Source: a virus | Lineage: Duplodnaviria > Caudoviricetes | Length of the DNA stretch: 55,420 nt | Reading direction: 5' to 3' (one strand) | Virus record (IMG/VR): IMGVR_UViG_3300024254_000010 | Span: 1 to 55,420 of that record | Shown here: piece after piece, positions 26,621 to 36,559 of the stretch | How the letters are laid out: every line of letters begins with the position of its first letter | Numbering within the stretch: position 1 is the first letter of the stretch | Notes under the pieces: model-generated | What the model saw: only the letters and a program-made list of their open reading frames with translations | Database searches by the model: none | What the model was told of the DNA's origin: nothing | Made by a program: the position numbers and the translations under genes

Positions 26621-27322
26621 ATGACGCGCCTCAAATCGCTCACTTCTTTCCCGCCCTATGGGTTCCGCTATATCAACCCTGTCTTCGGAATGAAGAAGGA
26701 TGACGAAGGCTCCTTCTCTGTCGTCTGCCAGAAGGAATTGGCCCGGCGCAAAGCCAACAAATATCTGTGCGAGAAGCATAACCTCGGCCTGGACATGATC
26801 AGCGTTGAGTACGACGTGGAACAGCAGAACGTGGCCCGGTGTCTGGCCCATGGCTGGCATGATTTCGTGGTCACTGACGCGCCCGTGACCCGCTACGTGG
26901 CTGATGGGTCAAAAAAAAACAGGTTCGGCAATGCTGCGGGAGGTCTTAAGAGGGTGGCGGCGGGAGTTGGCGTACTTCTTGATTGGCTTGGGAGTGGAGG
27001 AAAGCCCGTCGATCAAGCCACGGCTGAGCATCGGGCAAATGTGTGCGCAACTTGCCCAAAGAATGATGGAGGCGATTGGAAGGCTTACTTCACTGGAAAG
27101 ATTGCCGATAAAATCAAAACGCAATTGCTGATGAAGCAGGACCTGCAATTGTGGACGAGTCAGGACGACAAGCTCACGGTCTGCTCAGCCTGTGACTGCC
27201 CATTGCAACTCAAGGTGCATACGCCGTTGGTCCATGTGCTGGCCCACACTGACGACGAAGTGAAGAAACGGCTGGCAGAGGGCTGTTGGATTCTTGCAGA
27301 GGAAAGAAATAATGACCGATAA
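26621..27322 (+). CDS. Conserved Cys-rich phage protein
   Basis: RANVCATCPKN...CSACDCPLQLKV...CW. Confidence 0.7.
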   Translation: MTRLKSLTSFPPYGFRYINPVFGMKKDDEGSFSVVCQKELARRKANKYLCEKHNLGLDMISVEYDVEQQNVARCLAHGWHDFVVTDAPVTRYVADGSKKNRFGNAAGGLKRVAAGVGVLLDWLGSGGKPVDQATAEHRANVCATCPKNDGGDWKAYFTGKIADKIKTQLLMKQDLQLWTSQDDKLTVCSACDCPLQLKVHTPLVHVLAHTDDEVKKRLAEGCWILAEERNNDR

Positions 27323-27944
27323 TCTTCAAGCACGCAGGTTTGGGAAGTGGACAGTTATTGGCAATGGTCGGTCCCAATTTTGTTTGTGCCGATGCGAATG
27401 TGGCCAGGAGAAGCCAGTGTACAGATACGACTTGCTCGGCGGAACTTCGCGCCAATGCGTCCGTTGTCATGCCTTCAAACACGGCCACACGGTTGATTAC
27501 AAGCCATCTCGTACCTATGCATCTTGGATGTGCATGAAGCGGCGTTGTTTAGATCCAAGGTACAAAGACTGGGAAAATTACGGTGGCAGAGGAATTACCC
27601 TGCATGAGCCTTGGCACTCATTTGAGAATTTCCTAGCTGATATGGGAGAGCGACCAGTCGGTACGTTGCTCGACAGAATTGACGGGCGCGGAAATTACGA
27701 GCCGGACAATTGTCGATGGGCTTCTTTCGCAGAAAGCGCGAGAAATCGCCTTAGTACTAGATGGATAATCTATCAGGGACAGCGAATGACCGTAAGTGAT
27801 GCCGCCAAAAAAATCGGTGTCCCGATAACATCTCTGCACAGTCGATTACGGCGGGCTGGCTGGCCGTGTGCGGACATCGAGCCATTCGCTAGGAGTAAGC
27901 GCAAGTCGCCATCGCTGAAAACGCTCATTAGCACTAAGCCATGA
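27312..27944 (+). CDS. HNH-type homing endonuclease
   Basis: CRCECG; YGGRGI...FENFLADMGERP...LDRID...NYEPDNCRWA. Confidence 0.85.
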   Translation: MTDNLQARRFGKWTVIGNGRSQFCLCRCECGQEKPVYRYDLLGGTSRQCVRCHAFKHGHTVDYKPSRTYASWMCMKRRCLDPRYKDWENYGGRGITLHEPWHSFENFLADMGERPVGTLLDRIDGRGNYEPDNCRWASFAESARNRLSTRWIIYQGQRMTVSDAAKKIGVPITSLHSRLRRAGWPCADIEPFARSKRKSPSLKTLISTKP

Positions 27945-28150
27945 AAACCCAGGAACAACTTGTGCGTATGCAGGAAAACCTACGCGTGGCCATGGCCAGC
28001 CTTCAGGCCAGCGGCGCACCCCCAGCGGCCGTTGAGCGAAGCGCACTTAGTTTGGCCAGCGCCGATGATGTGCTCAGTTGGGTGCTGGGAAAGCGCAGCG
28101 AATTAGGCAGGCTGGAACAGGAATACGACCGGATCAAAGCGCAAACATAG
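27941..28150 (+). CDS. Hypothetical protein
   Basis: ATGA-coupled; LSWVLG. Confidence 0.6.
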   Translation: MKTQEQLVRMQENLRVAMASLQASGAPPAAVERSALSLASADDVLSWVLGKRSELGRLEQEYDRIKAQT

Positions 28151-28157
28151 ACAGCCA

Positions 28158-28388
28158 ATGAATAACATCCCGATCAATTATCCCACGCCTGAAGATGATG
28201 CGACTGGTTTGCGCGTTGATGTCGGATTCAAGGATGGCTCTGTGATGATCCAGTTCAGCAAGCCGGTGCTGCAAATGGCCCTGCGGCCAGAGCACACGCG
28301 CTCGCTGGCCATTGCCCTGCTGCAAAATGCTGAGATGGCTTTGGCTCAAGGCAACGGACCACAACTGCCGCCATCGAGGATGCAGTGA
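28158..28388 (+). CDS. Hypothetical protein
   Basis: Operonic ORF. Confidence 0.6.
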   Translation: MNNIPINYPTPEDDATGLRVDVGFKDGSVMIQFSKPVLQMALRPEHTRSLAIALLQNAEMALAQGNGPQLPPSRMQ

Positions 28389-28389
28389 G

Positions 28390-29811
28390 ATGCAGGTCGT
28401 CGTTCCTTTCCATTCCGGTGATGCTCAGGACGCCATCGATCTGCTCTATTGGATGGAGCAATTGGGCGACAAATCCGTCACGAAGGGAATTCTCGCCGTA
28501 GATGCCGGAGTGGACTGGGGTCGAGCCATTGATGTGCTTACCGCCGCAAGGCATATTTTTAGGTTCGTTCAGTTCGTGGGCAACGAGGAACCAGTCAGCG
28601 GCTGGCCCAGGGGTGCCAATTCCTTATTCTGGAAAGCCGCCGAGCATTGTCAGCGACTGAACGAACCGTTCCTTTGGCTGGAACCAGACTGCGTGCCACT
28701 CGCTCGCAATTGGTTCGAACGCATTCAAGCCGAATATCAGGGCAGCTATCTCGGCCACATTTACGAGTGCAATCAACCGGGCTTGCCACGACGGCTGTTG
28801 AGCGGAGTGGCCGTCTATCCGCCGAGTGCCTTTGAACTGATTAGCCCATTCATCGGCAATCAACCGCATCTGGCTTGGGACGTATCGGCAGCCGAAGCCA
28901 TCTTGCCGCTGGCCAACGACAGCCACTTATTCCACCATCTCTGGGGTGAAAAAGATTTACTTCCAACCTTCCGCTCAAGCCGAGGTCAGAACGATGCATC
29001 GAACATCCTTACTCTGGATCACCTGCGCAAAGGAGCCGTACTGTTCCACCGCAACAAGGACGGGACTCTTCAGCGGCTCGTGGCCCATAAACTGGGTCTT
29101 GCCGCGCTTACAGATTTCGTTGTCGTGCTGCCCGTCTGTAACATGGACGCTGAACTGATGCTCAAGATGCTTGATTGGATCCTGGAGCTAGGCAACTCTC
29201 AATCTCACGAAACCCTGCTTTCCTACGATCAAACCACTCTGCGTGGTTCGGTGTCGCGCATCGCGTCCAAGGCCAGCGCCTGTTTCGCCAAGGTGCATCA
29301 GACGGCGTATGGCGTGCCTAAGGGGACGCGCTTTCCTCAAACGGCCGCATGGCAGCATGCCGCTCGCGTCATGCAGGAGATTGGTCGGCCATGGCTGTGG
29401 CTGGAGGCGGATTGCGTGCCGCTGCGTTCATCGTGGTTGCATGAATTACAGATGGAGTACGATCGGTGCGGGAAACCGTTCTGCGGACCCATCGTCCCGA
29501 CCCAAGGCCACGTTAATGGGACTTCCATTTATCCGGCCAATACTCCGCAGTTACTCCCACGCACCATGAGCCATGCCCTGAACGCATTTGACGTGGAATG
29601 CAAGGACGAGATGGGCGCTAATGTTTGCGGTAGCAATTTATGGTGTCTGGCTTGGGCGGTGGAGCGAGGTCGGCTTGTGGCAGATGGCAATGGATCGTTG
29701 CCAAGCTTTCCGCCCAATAGCCCGCTCTTGCGGCAGATTCCACGTGAGGCGGCAATCTTCCACAGAGAAAAAACCGGCTCGCTTATAGACCGATTACGCG
29801 AACGAAAATGA
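28390..29811 (+). CDS. Tandem two-domain GT-A-like glycosyltransferase
   Basis: Two homologous halves (VVVPF...LWLEPDCVP...FHRNKDG and VVVLP...LWLEADCVP...FHREKTG). Confidence 0.6.
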   Translation: MQVVVPFHSGDAQDAIDLLYWMEQLGDKSVTKGILAVDAGVDWGRAIDVLTAARHIFRFVQFVGNEEPVSGWPRGANSLFWKAAEHCQRLNEPFLWLEPDCVPLARNWFERIQAEYQGSYLGHIYECNQPGLPRRLLSGVAVYPPSAFELISPFIGNQPHLAWDVSAAEAILPLANDSHLFHHLWGEKDLLPTFRSSRGQNDASNILTLDHLRKGAVLFHRNKDGTLQRLVAHKLGLAALTDFVVVLPVCNMDAELMLKMLDWILELGNSQSHETLLSYDQTTLRGSVSRIASKASACFAKVHQTAYGVPKGTRFPQTAAWQHAARVMQEIGRPWLWLEADCVPLRSSWLHELQMEYDRCGKPFCGPIVPTQGHVNGTSIYPANTPQLLPRTMSHALNAFDVECKDEMGANVCGSNLWCLAWAVERGRLVADGNGSLPSFPPNSPLLRQIPREAAIFHREKTGSLIDRLRERK

Positions 29812-30611
29812 TCTCCACCGACCTCTTTATTGTTACCTGCGGGAAAGACTTCGGTTACCTCAAGTACTGCCTGCTCTCCATCGCTAAATATTGTAAGCGG
29901 TTTAACTACCTGCGCGTGCTCGTTCCGGCCAATGATGCTGACGCAGCCGAGAAACTTATTGCTGATGCCAACATTCCGTTCCCGGCCAAAGCCTATGGCC
30001 ACTGCGAGCCTGAAGGGAAAGGCTTTCTCTGGCACATGCGCCAGATCATGCATGCCGACACGTTTACCGACGCGGAGCGTATCGCGCACTTAGATTCGGA
30101 TTGCATCTTCACTCGGTTGACCGAGCCGGATCATTTCGCCACGCCCGAAGGTAAGATAATCCTACGTTACGAACCTTTCGCCATCATCAACAAACGACAT
30201 CCGCAGATGGGTCGCTGGCAGGTATGCACTCAGGCTTGTCTGCGTTTCCCAGTTCTTTATGAGACCATGCGGGCGCACCCAGGCGTATTCCACCGGTCCA
30301 CTTATCAGCTGGCCCGCAAACTCATGGAACAAGCCACTGGCCACCCCGTGGATGATTACATCCTATCCTGCCAGAATGCTTTTCCGCAGACGTTCGCAGA
30401 ATTCAACACGCTGGGCAACGTGGCGATGGAGAAACAGCGCGACCTTTATCATCCGGTTTTGCAAAGGAGCGATGCTCCAGATCCACCCACGCCGATTCAG
30501 CAATTCTGGTCTCACGGCTCCATCAATGAACCGCAGGAGATTTGGGTTGAGGGCAAACCCACCAAACAGATTCCGATGGACCTGATCAAACGCTATGTAC
30601 TCTCAGAATGA
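29808..30611 (+). CDS. GT-A-like glycosyltransferase
   Basis: LFIVTC..D...LLSI; HLDSDCIF DxD motif. Confidence 0.6.
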   Translation: MISTDLFIVTCGKDFGYLKYCLLSIAKYCKRFNYLRVLVPANDADAAEKLIADANIPFPAKAYGHCEPEGKGFLWHMRQIMHADTFTDAERIAHLDSDCIFTRLTEPDHFATPEGKIILRYEPFAIINKRHPQMGRWQVCTQACLRFPVLYETMRAHPGVFHRSTYQLARKLMEQATGHPVDDYILSCQNAFPQTFAEFNTLGNVAMEKQRDLYHPVLQRSDAPDPPTPIQQFWSHGSINEPQEIWVEGKPTKQIPMDLIKRYVLSE

Positions 30612-31200
30612 CGAGGAAGATTTCCTGGTTAAATTGTTTGCCAAAGAACCGCCCGGTCGATTCCTGGACATTGGCGCGTACGACGGCATTCACATGAGCA
30701 ATACCCGCCGTTTGCTCGAACTGGGCTGGAGCGGTGTTCTGGTAGAGGCGCACTGGGGCAATTTCGAATCACTCTGCGAAAACTGTAAGAAATTCACTGA
30801 CCGCGTGACATTGGTTTGCGCGGCCCTCGCGCCCAAGGCCGAGCTGCGTCGGCTGTGGGTGGATCTGTACGAAGATCGGTCCTGGAGCACGACCATCAAC
30901 GATGACCTGAAGAATAGCGGTTCGGTCATGGACCCGAGCAAACTGCTGACCATGGTCAGTTGCATCACCATGGATGACCTGTGGCCGCTGGGTCCATACG
31001 ACCTGATTTCTATGGACGCTGAGTGGGAGGACTTCGCGATTATCAAGAGCCAACCAATGGAGGCATGGCGAAAGGCCAGTGTGATTTGTGTAGAGACCCG
31101 TTCGCCAGAGGAGAGGCCCAACGTAAAAGCGTTTCTGCGGCTCATGGGCTTCTTTGCCGTGCACGAAACTAAAGAAAACTTAATCGTCCAAAGGCGATGA
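30595..31200 (+). CDS. FkbM-family SAM methyltransferase
   Basis: YSQNDEE...FLDIGAYDG...SNT...WSGVLVE...ISMDAE. Confidence 0.85.
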   Translation: MYSQNDEEDFLVKLFAKEPPGRFLDIGAYDGIHMSNTRRLLELGWSGVLVEAHWGNFESLCENCKKFTDRVTLVCAALAPKAELRRLWVDLYEDRSWSTTINDDLKNSGSVMDPSKLLTMVSCITMDDLWPLGPYDLISMDAEWEDFAIIKSQPMEAWRKASVICVETRSPEERPNVKAFLRLMGFFAVHETKENLIVQRR

Positions 31201-31760
31201 ACCGCATTCTTCAAATCAATCATCGGGAGGCGCTTGGCTTTTGGCTAAATGAAATGGGATTATTGTTCGAAGTGGCCGAGATTGGTTGCGCTCGCGGCAC
31301 CTTCTCGCGCACTGTTCTGTCCCAATGGCGAGGGTGCATTTACAACATGATCGATCCTTGGATGACCCAGGACATAGAGATTTACAAAGAGGCACAAGAA
31401 CGTCAGGAAGGTTATGATGCGTGGCACAAGGACTGTGTTCTTTTAGCTGAACAGGATCCGCGAGTCAGGATCATTAAAGATTTCTCAGTTCCGGCCAGTG
31501 CCAAGTTTCAGCCCTACCAGCTGGACATGGTGTACATTGACGGCAACCACTCTTATCCCGCTGTTATGGCCGACATGGATGCGTGGTGGCCTAAGATTCG
31601 CATCGGCGGCCTAATGGGTGGCCACGATTATGGGCATATCACCAAAGGCAAAGCCTGGATTGAGGTCGAGCCAGCCGTCAATCGCTGGGCCAAGGAACAC
31701 GAGAAAGTATTCTACGTCTGCCCTTGTTCCTCGTGGTTCATCGTGAAGCAGGCACCATGA
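31197..31760 (+). CDS. Class I SAM methyltransferase (Methyltransf_24-like)
   Basis: AEIGCARG...IDPW...DMVYIDGNHSY...GGLMGGHDY. Confidence 0.85.
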   Translation: MNRILQINHREALGFWLNEMGLLFEVAEIGCARGTFSRTVLSQWRGCIYNMIDPWMTQDIEIYKEAQERQEGYDAWHKDCVLLAEQDPRVRIIKDFSVPASAKFQPYQLDMVYIDGNHSYPAVMADMDAWWPKIRIGGLMGGHDYGHITKGKAWIEVEPAVNRWAKEHEKVFYVCPCSSWFIVKQAP

Positions 31761-32401
31761 TAGCGGTGTCGTCATTCCGCCCGTTGGACGATAATAAGGA
31801 AGTGGCCACTAACCAGATCCTGGCCATCGACTCATGGCGCTCGGTGTTTCAGGGCATATTCCTGTTCGGCGCGTTCGACTGGCGCTTGGCCTGCCCGCGC
31901 ACCACGTTCATCGAAGGGCCAGATTTCCCGCCGCTAAGCCTGCTCTATCTTGTGGCTTCCCAATCCGAGGAACCTGCCGCCATCCTAAACGCCGACATCG
32001 TGGTTGGCCGCAACTTAGTTGAAGTGGCCGATAAGGCATTTCGCATGGGCGCTTACGCACTCACCAGTCGCCGTTATGAGTACGATCCGGCCAAGCCAAA
32101 CTTTGAGGCTGCTAAGGTCGTGGACCTGGGTGCTGACTTCTTCTGCGCTCACCCATGGATCTGGGCCAAGGCATGGCGAGCTGTGCCCGAGCAGTATAGG
32201 TTCGGAAACGGCGGTTGGGATAATTGGCTCTTGGGCTACCTCGGGGTAACTCTGCGACGGGCCTTTGCTGATATTACACCCTCTCGCTGCATCTTTCATC
32301 CACGCCACGTAGAGCGTAAACGTGTCGCCATGGAACAGCCGATCATGGACCGATACAACACGAGCAGCCTCGGATTCCCTCGGGCGTTGACCTTGACCTG
32401 A
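31757..32401 (+). CDS. GT-A-like protein
   Basis: ILNADI, GADFF, WDNW, IFHPRH. Confidence 0.5.
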   Translation: MIAVSSFRPLDDNKEVATNQILAIDSWRSVFQGIFLFGAFDWRLACPRTTFIEGPDFPPLSLLYLVASQSEEPAAILNADIVVGRNLVEVADKAFRMGAYALTSRRYEYDPAKPNFEAAKVVDLGADFFCAHPWIWAKAWRAVPEQYRFGNGGWDNWLLGYLGVTLRRAFADITPSRCIFHPRHVERKRVAMEQPIMDRYNTSSLGFPRALTLT

Positions 32402-32421
32402 CTGACGGCGTTGCCTAGTGT
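32393..32421 (+). promoter_or_regulatory. Possible near-leaderless promoter for the portal gene
   Basis: TTGACC-N17-TAGTGT, ending 9 nt before the ATG. Confidence 0.4.
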
Positions 32422-32430
32422 CCACATTCG

Positions 32431-34791
32431 ATGAACTTTAAGACCGCCTCCGTCATAGAATCCCTTACGTGGCAGATGCGGTTGGCCGATTTTCCACGCG
32501 CACAGAACCGCGCTCGTATCAACGCGATTTTCGACGGTTCACCTCCCTATAGCGATCAGGAAGAACGTGAGAATAACATCGCAATTAACTGCAACTTCTT
32601 GGAATCAACCAAGGTCGGTCACGAGGCGCGTCAACAATTCAGCAACGCCTTTATGAAGCCGGGCAAGTTCTTCACTGCCCGCACCGATAATGGTCCAGCC
32701 CATAAACGAGCCAAGTGGGGCACCATCGTCTCCAACGAAATCAATCGGCGTATGAAACGGTCTCCGATTTATTTCGAGAACATGCGCAGCAAGTTCGCCC
32801 TGCTCGTGCTGCACGGCATCGCGCCATCCTGTTGGGAGAACTCGTATGGCTGGTGTCCGCTGTCCCTTGGGGTCGAGGACGTAATGATTCCCAGTGGAAC
32901 GTTGCTCACGATGAAGAATCTGCCATTCTTCGCGATTTACCGGGCTTACACGGCAATGGAGCTTTACCGGCTCACTAGCGGCCCAAAAGTCGATCCTGGC
33001 TGGCAGATGGATAACGTGAAAGCGGCCCTGAAATGGGCTGATGATCAAACATCGCAGCTTTCTGGGACGACGTGGCCTGAGGTCTGGAGCCCGGACAAGA
33101 TGGAGCAACGAATGAAGGAAGATTCGGGCCTTTACGCCTCCGATGCTGTGCCGGTCATCTCCTGTTGGGATTTCTATTGGTGGAATGACGACAATAAGGT
33201 GCAAGGCTGGAATCGGCGCATCGTCCTGGACGCCTTCGGCCAGCCTGGAGTGGGTGGGGTTTTGCCGCAGGGCACCAACATGCCCGATAAAAACATCATC
33301 GGCGGGCGCAACCAGTTTCTGTTTAACCCCGGTGACCGCAAGTACGCCATGGATCTGCGTGAAGTGCTCCAATTCCAGTTCGCTGATCTGTCAGCTGTGG
33401 CTCCGTTTCGATATCATGCGGTCCGAAGCCTGGGTTTTCTGCTCTACGCGGTGTGCCATTTGCAGAATCGGCTGCGATGTAAGTTCAACGAGGCTGTTTT
33501 CGAAGGGCTGATGATGTATTTCCGGGTCAATTCCCTCGATGAATCCGAGCGGGCGCTGAAAATTAACCTTATCAGCCGGGGGCTCATTGATCCAACGGTG
33601 CAGTTCTTGCCTCCGCAGGAGCGTTGGCAGCCAAATCAGCCCTTTACGCAGATGGGATTGCTCGAAAATCAGCAGATCATCAATGAAAACTCAGCTTCCT
33701 TCACTCAAAACAACAATTTCAGCCGGCCCCAAGTGGAAAAGACTGCCTTTCAGGTCCGAGCCGAGCTTAATGCCACCACCGCGCTCATTTCGGCTGCGTT
33801 GTTGCAGGCGTATCAGTATCAGACCTTTGAGTACTATGAGATTTTTAGGCGTTTTTGTGAGAAAGACTCTCGGGATCCCGATGTACGGTCTTTTCGGCTG
33901 GCTTGTCTCAAGGCCGGGGTGCCGCCTGAGGTTTTGGTGCCCGAAGCCTGGGAAATCGAGCCGGAGCGCGTCATGGGCGCTGGCAATAAGACCCTCGAAC
34001 TGGCCACCGCGCAGCAATTGATGGAATGGCGACCGTTATTTGACCCAGAAGCCCAGCGGACGATCCTCAAGATGTCCACGCTGGCCATAACCGATGATTC
34101 CGGGGCCACCGATGAGCTTGTGCCTGATACCGAGGACCAAGTGACCGATTCCAAGCATGACGCCATGGTCTCCATGGGCAGTCTCATGCAGGGATTGCCG
34201 GTCCAGTTTGGCCCGCGCTCCAATCGCATCGAAATCGTTGAGGTTTTGCTGGCTGAGATGACCCTGATCGTGCAACGCATCGAACAACAGCAACAATCCA
34301 TGGCCAAGCCCGAGCAATTGGTAGGGTTACAGACGGTGGGCCAAACCATTGCCGAGCAACTCCAGATTTTGAGCCAGGACAAGGAACAGAAAGAGCGCGT
34401 GCGCCAGTACGGCGATGGCCTCAGTCAACTGATGAACATGGTCAAGGCGTACGGGCAACGGTTGCAGCAAGCCATGGAAGCTGCCGCGCAACAAAACGGC
34501 AATGGCCAAGCCCAAATGGACCCCAAAGACTTGGCCAAGGTTCAGGCGATGCAATTGCAGGCCCAAACCAAGGCTTCCAATGCCAGCGAAAGCCATGCCC
34601 AACGCACTGCGCAACGACAGGTGCAATGGGAAGCCGAAGAGAAGCGAAAGCAACAGCAGCATCAACTGGACATGCAACGTCAGCGTATCGAGTTGCAGGC
34701 TGATGTGGCCGCAACCGATGTCGAGACGGCTGCCGAGATTCGACGTGAGAATGCCAAGGCTGCTGCGGAGCCTAAGGAGAAGGCGCAATGA
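32431..34791 (+). CDS. Portal protein (probable)
   Basis: 786 aa; KTAFQV motif; Gln-rich C-terminal coiled coil; precedes scaffold and capsid. Confidence 0.7.
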   Translation: MNFKTASVIESLTWQMRLADFPRAQNRARINAIFDGSPPYSDQEERENNIAINCNFLESTKVGHEARQQFSNAFMKPGKFFTARTDNGPAHKRAKWGTIVSNEINRRMKRSPIYFENMRSKFALLVLHGIAPSCWENSYGWCPLSLGVEDVMIPSGTLLTMKNLPFFAIYRAYTAMELYRLTSGPKVDPGWQMDNVKAALKWADDQTSQLSGTTWPEVWSPDKMEQRMKEDSGLYASDAVPVISCWDFYWWNDDNKVQGWNRRIVLDAFGQPGVGGVLPQGTNMPDKNIIGGRNQFLFNPGDRKYAMDLREVLQFQFADLSAVAPFRYHAVRSLGFLLYAVCHLQNRLRCKFNEAVFEGLMMYFRVNSLDESERALKINLISRGLIDPTVQFLPPQERWQPNQPFTQMGLLENQQIINENSASFTQNNNFSRPQVEKTAFQVRAELNATTALISAALLQAYQYQTFEYYEIFRRFCEKDSRDPDVRSFRLACLKAGVPPEVLVPEAWEIEPERVMGAGNKTLELATAQQLMEWRPLFDPEAQRTILKMSTLAITDDSGATDELVPDTEDQVTDSKHDAMVSMGSLMQGLPVQFGPRSNRIEIVEVLLAEMTLIVQRIEQQQQSMAKPEQLVGLQTVGQTIAEQLQILSQDKEQKERVRQYGDGLSQLMNMVKAYGQRLQQAMEAAAQQNGNGQAQMDPKDLAKVQAMQLQAQTKASNASESHAQRTAQRQVQWEAEEKRKQQQHQLDMQRQRIELQADVAATDVETAAEIRRENAKAAAEPKEKAQ

Positions 34792-35063
34792 ACCTGACGC
34801 CTCGGGCCAGATTTCAGTCTAACGTCCAACAATCACGGGCCCATCAGGATTTGGTCGTTAGCGAAGGATTCAGGATCGCTTGTGAGGCTGCGCTCCTTGA
34901 ACAAGTCCTGGCTATGCCGAACATTGGAGATCCAGCCGAGCAAGCGGCTGCCTATAACCGAATCATGGGAGCCACAGATTATATCCGACATTTGCTCTCC
35001 ATCGCTGAAACGACTGCCCCGCCCAAGGAGAAATTGCCGCAAAACCTCAACTACCGCACTTGA
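34788..35063 (+). CDS. Small head-assembly region protein
   Basis: Helical ORF between portal and scaffold. Confidence 0.55.
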   Translation: MNLTPRARFQSNVQQSRAHQDLVVSEGFRIACEAALLEQVLAMPNIGDPAEQAAAYNRIMGATDYIRHLLSIAETTAPPKEKLPQNLNYRT

Positions 35064-35069
35064 ACCATC

Positions 35070-36410
35070 ATGCCATCCGCGCCACCAGCCCCACCGCCGC
35101 CTGCTCCTGCCCAGCCTGCCCCGTCTGCCCCAAGCCCTGCCACATCAGCCAAAGCGCCTGCGGCCAGCCCGCCAAAGACTGCCCCCGCTCCATCAGGTTT
35201 ATCTTCCAGACCTTCACGTCGTGGGGTGGTGCTGCCGGAGAAACAGGCTCAGGACCCGTCCAAGTCAGCTGAGCCGCTCGGCACGATGGACAGTGCCTTT
35301 TCCGGCATCAAAGGATTGGCCGCGCCAGAGGACGGAGACCTAATGGGCGAGGAGCCAGCCAAGCCAACCGAGGAACAGAAACCAACTGAGCAAAAGGAGC
35401 CCACTACCGATGAACAGGTCCAGGACAAGAAAGTTGAGGAAGAGGCTGCGAAGGCTCAGCCTAAACCGGGCGATAAGAAGACCAATCCTTGGACGTTGGT
35501 AGAAAAGTTTAAGGCCGATAATAGCCGGCTCAAACAGGAAAACACCGAGCTTCGCACCAAGCAGACAGAACCGCCCAAGGAAATCACAGAGCGGCTTACA
35601 GCGTTGGAAAAGCGTAACCAGGAATTGGAGAATCACATTCGTTTCGTGGATTATTCCAAGAGCCAGGAGTTTGTCGATAAGTACCAGAAACCTTACGAGG
35701 AAGCTTGGTCGCGGGCGATTAGTGGACTCAAGGGATTACAGGTCAAGTTCACAAATGCCGAGACGGGCGAAACGGCGGCTCGCGATCTGACCCCAGCCGA
35801 CATTGCCGCGCTGGCCAATATGGATCCAGCGGCTGCCCGCATGGAGATTAAGAACCGGTTCCCCGAAGATGTGGCCGAAGTGCGCGGATACATTGACAAA
35901 ATCCGCGATCTGGCCACCGCGCAAAATCAAGCCTTGGAGGAACAAAAGTCCAAGGGTGGCGAATGGCAGAATCAGGTCTCCAACCAGCACAGGGCCGTGC
36001 AGGAAAATAATTCCAGGCTCTGGAAACAATTCAGCGATGAATCGGTGAGCAAGTTCGATTTCCTGCGTCCGGTGGAAGGCGACGATGAGCGCAACAGCAA
36101 ATTGGAGAAAGCCGCCGCGTTCGTGGCTGACGCGCTCTCGGCCAAGGCCAATGACCCAAATCTCACCGAAGAACAACGCGCCACCGTCATCAAGAAGCAT
36201 GTGGCATTGCGTAACCGCGCCATCGCCTACTCAGTGCTGATGCACGAAAACAGGCAACTAAAGGCGATGCTGGCCGAGAAGGAAGCAGCCCTTAAAGCCT
36301 ACGGCGACTCCGCTCCTACTGATGGTGAAGGCAAAGGTAAACAAGCCTCGGCCAACAACGATATTACTATCGAAGGAGTAGCAGCCATGCTTAGTAAGAT
36401 GGGTCGCTGA
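35070..36410 (+). CDS. Capsid scaffolding protein (probable)
   Basis: Pro/Glu/Lys-rich N-terminus, coiled coils, directly upstream of the capsid gene. Confidence 0.65.
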   Translation: MPSAPPAPPPPAPAQPAPSAPSPATSAKAPAASPPKTAPAPSGLSSRPSRRGVVLPEKQAQDPSKSAEPLGTMDSAFSGIKGLAAPEDGDLMGEEPAKPTEEQKPTEQKEPTTDEQVQDKKVEEEAAKAQPKPGDKKTNPWTLVEKFKADNSRLKQENTELRTKQTEPPKEITERLTALEKRNQELENHIRFVDYSKSQEFVDKYQKPYEEAWSRAISGLKGLQVKFTNAETGETAARDLTPADIAALANMDPAAARMEIKNRFPEDVAEVRGYIDKIRDLATAQNQALEEQKSKGGEWQNQVSNQHRAVQENNSRLWKQFSDESVSKFDFLRPVEGDDERNSKLEKAAAFVADALSAKANDPNLTEEQRATVIKKHVALRNRAIAYSVLMHENRQLKAMLAEKEAALKAYGDSAPTDGEGKGKQASANNDITIEGVAAMLSKMGR

Positions 36411-36422
36411 CAATTTTGGTTG

Positions 36423-36559
36423 TTGACATAGATCCCCCCAGCTTCTATTAGCTCGACTATCCGCTTAATAGGCGGGTTCGCCGGTTCATCCTCGGCATAA
36501 AAGGATCGCAAGCCTCCGGCTTCAAAGCACGTTCCCATGAACCTTTGCATTTTGAAGCT
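36423..36559 (+). promoter_or_regulatory. Capsid promoter and structured 5' leader
   Basis: TTGACA-N17-TATTAG; several stems, one closing next to the ATG. Confidence 0.5.

Noticed and set aside
36505-36526. Resemblance to a c-di-GMP-I riboswitch (CGCAAGCCTCCGGC)
   Set aside because: GGCAAAC and the GNRA-capped P2 stem are absent
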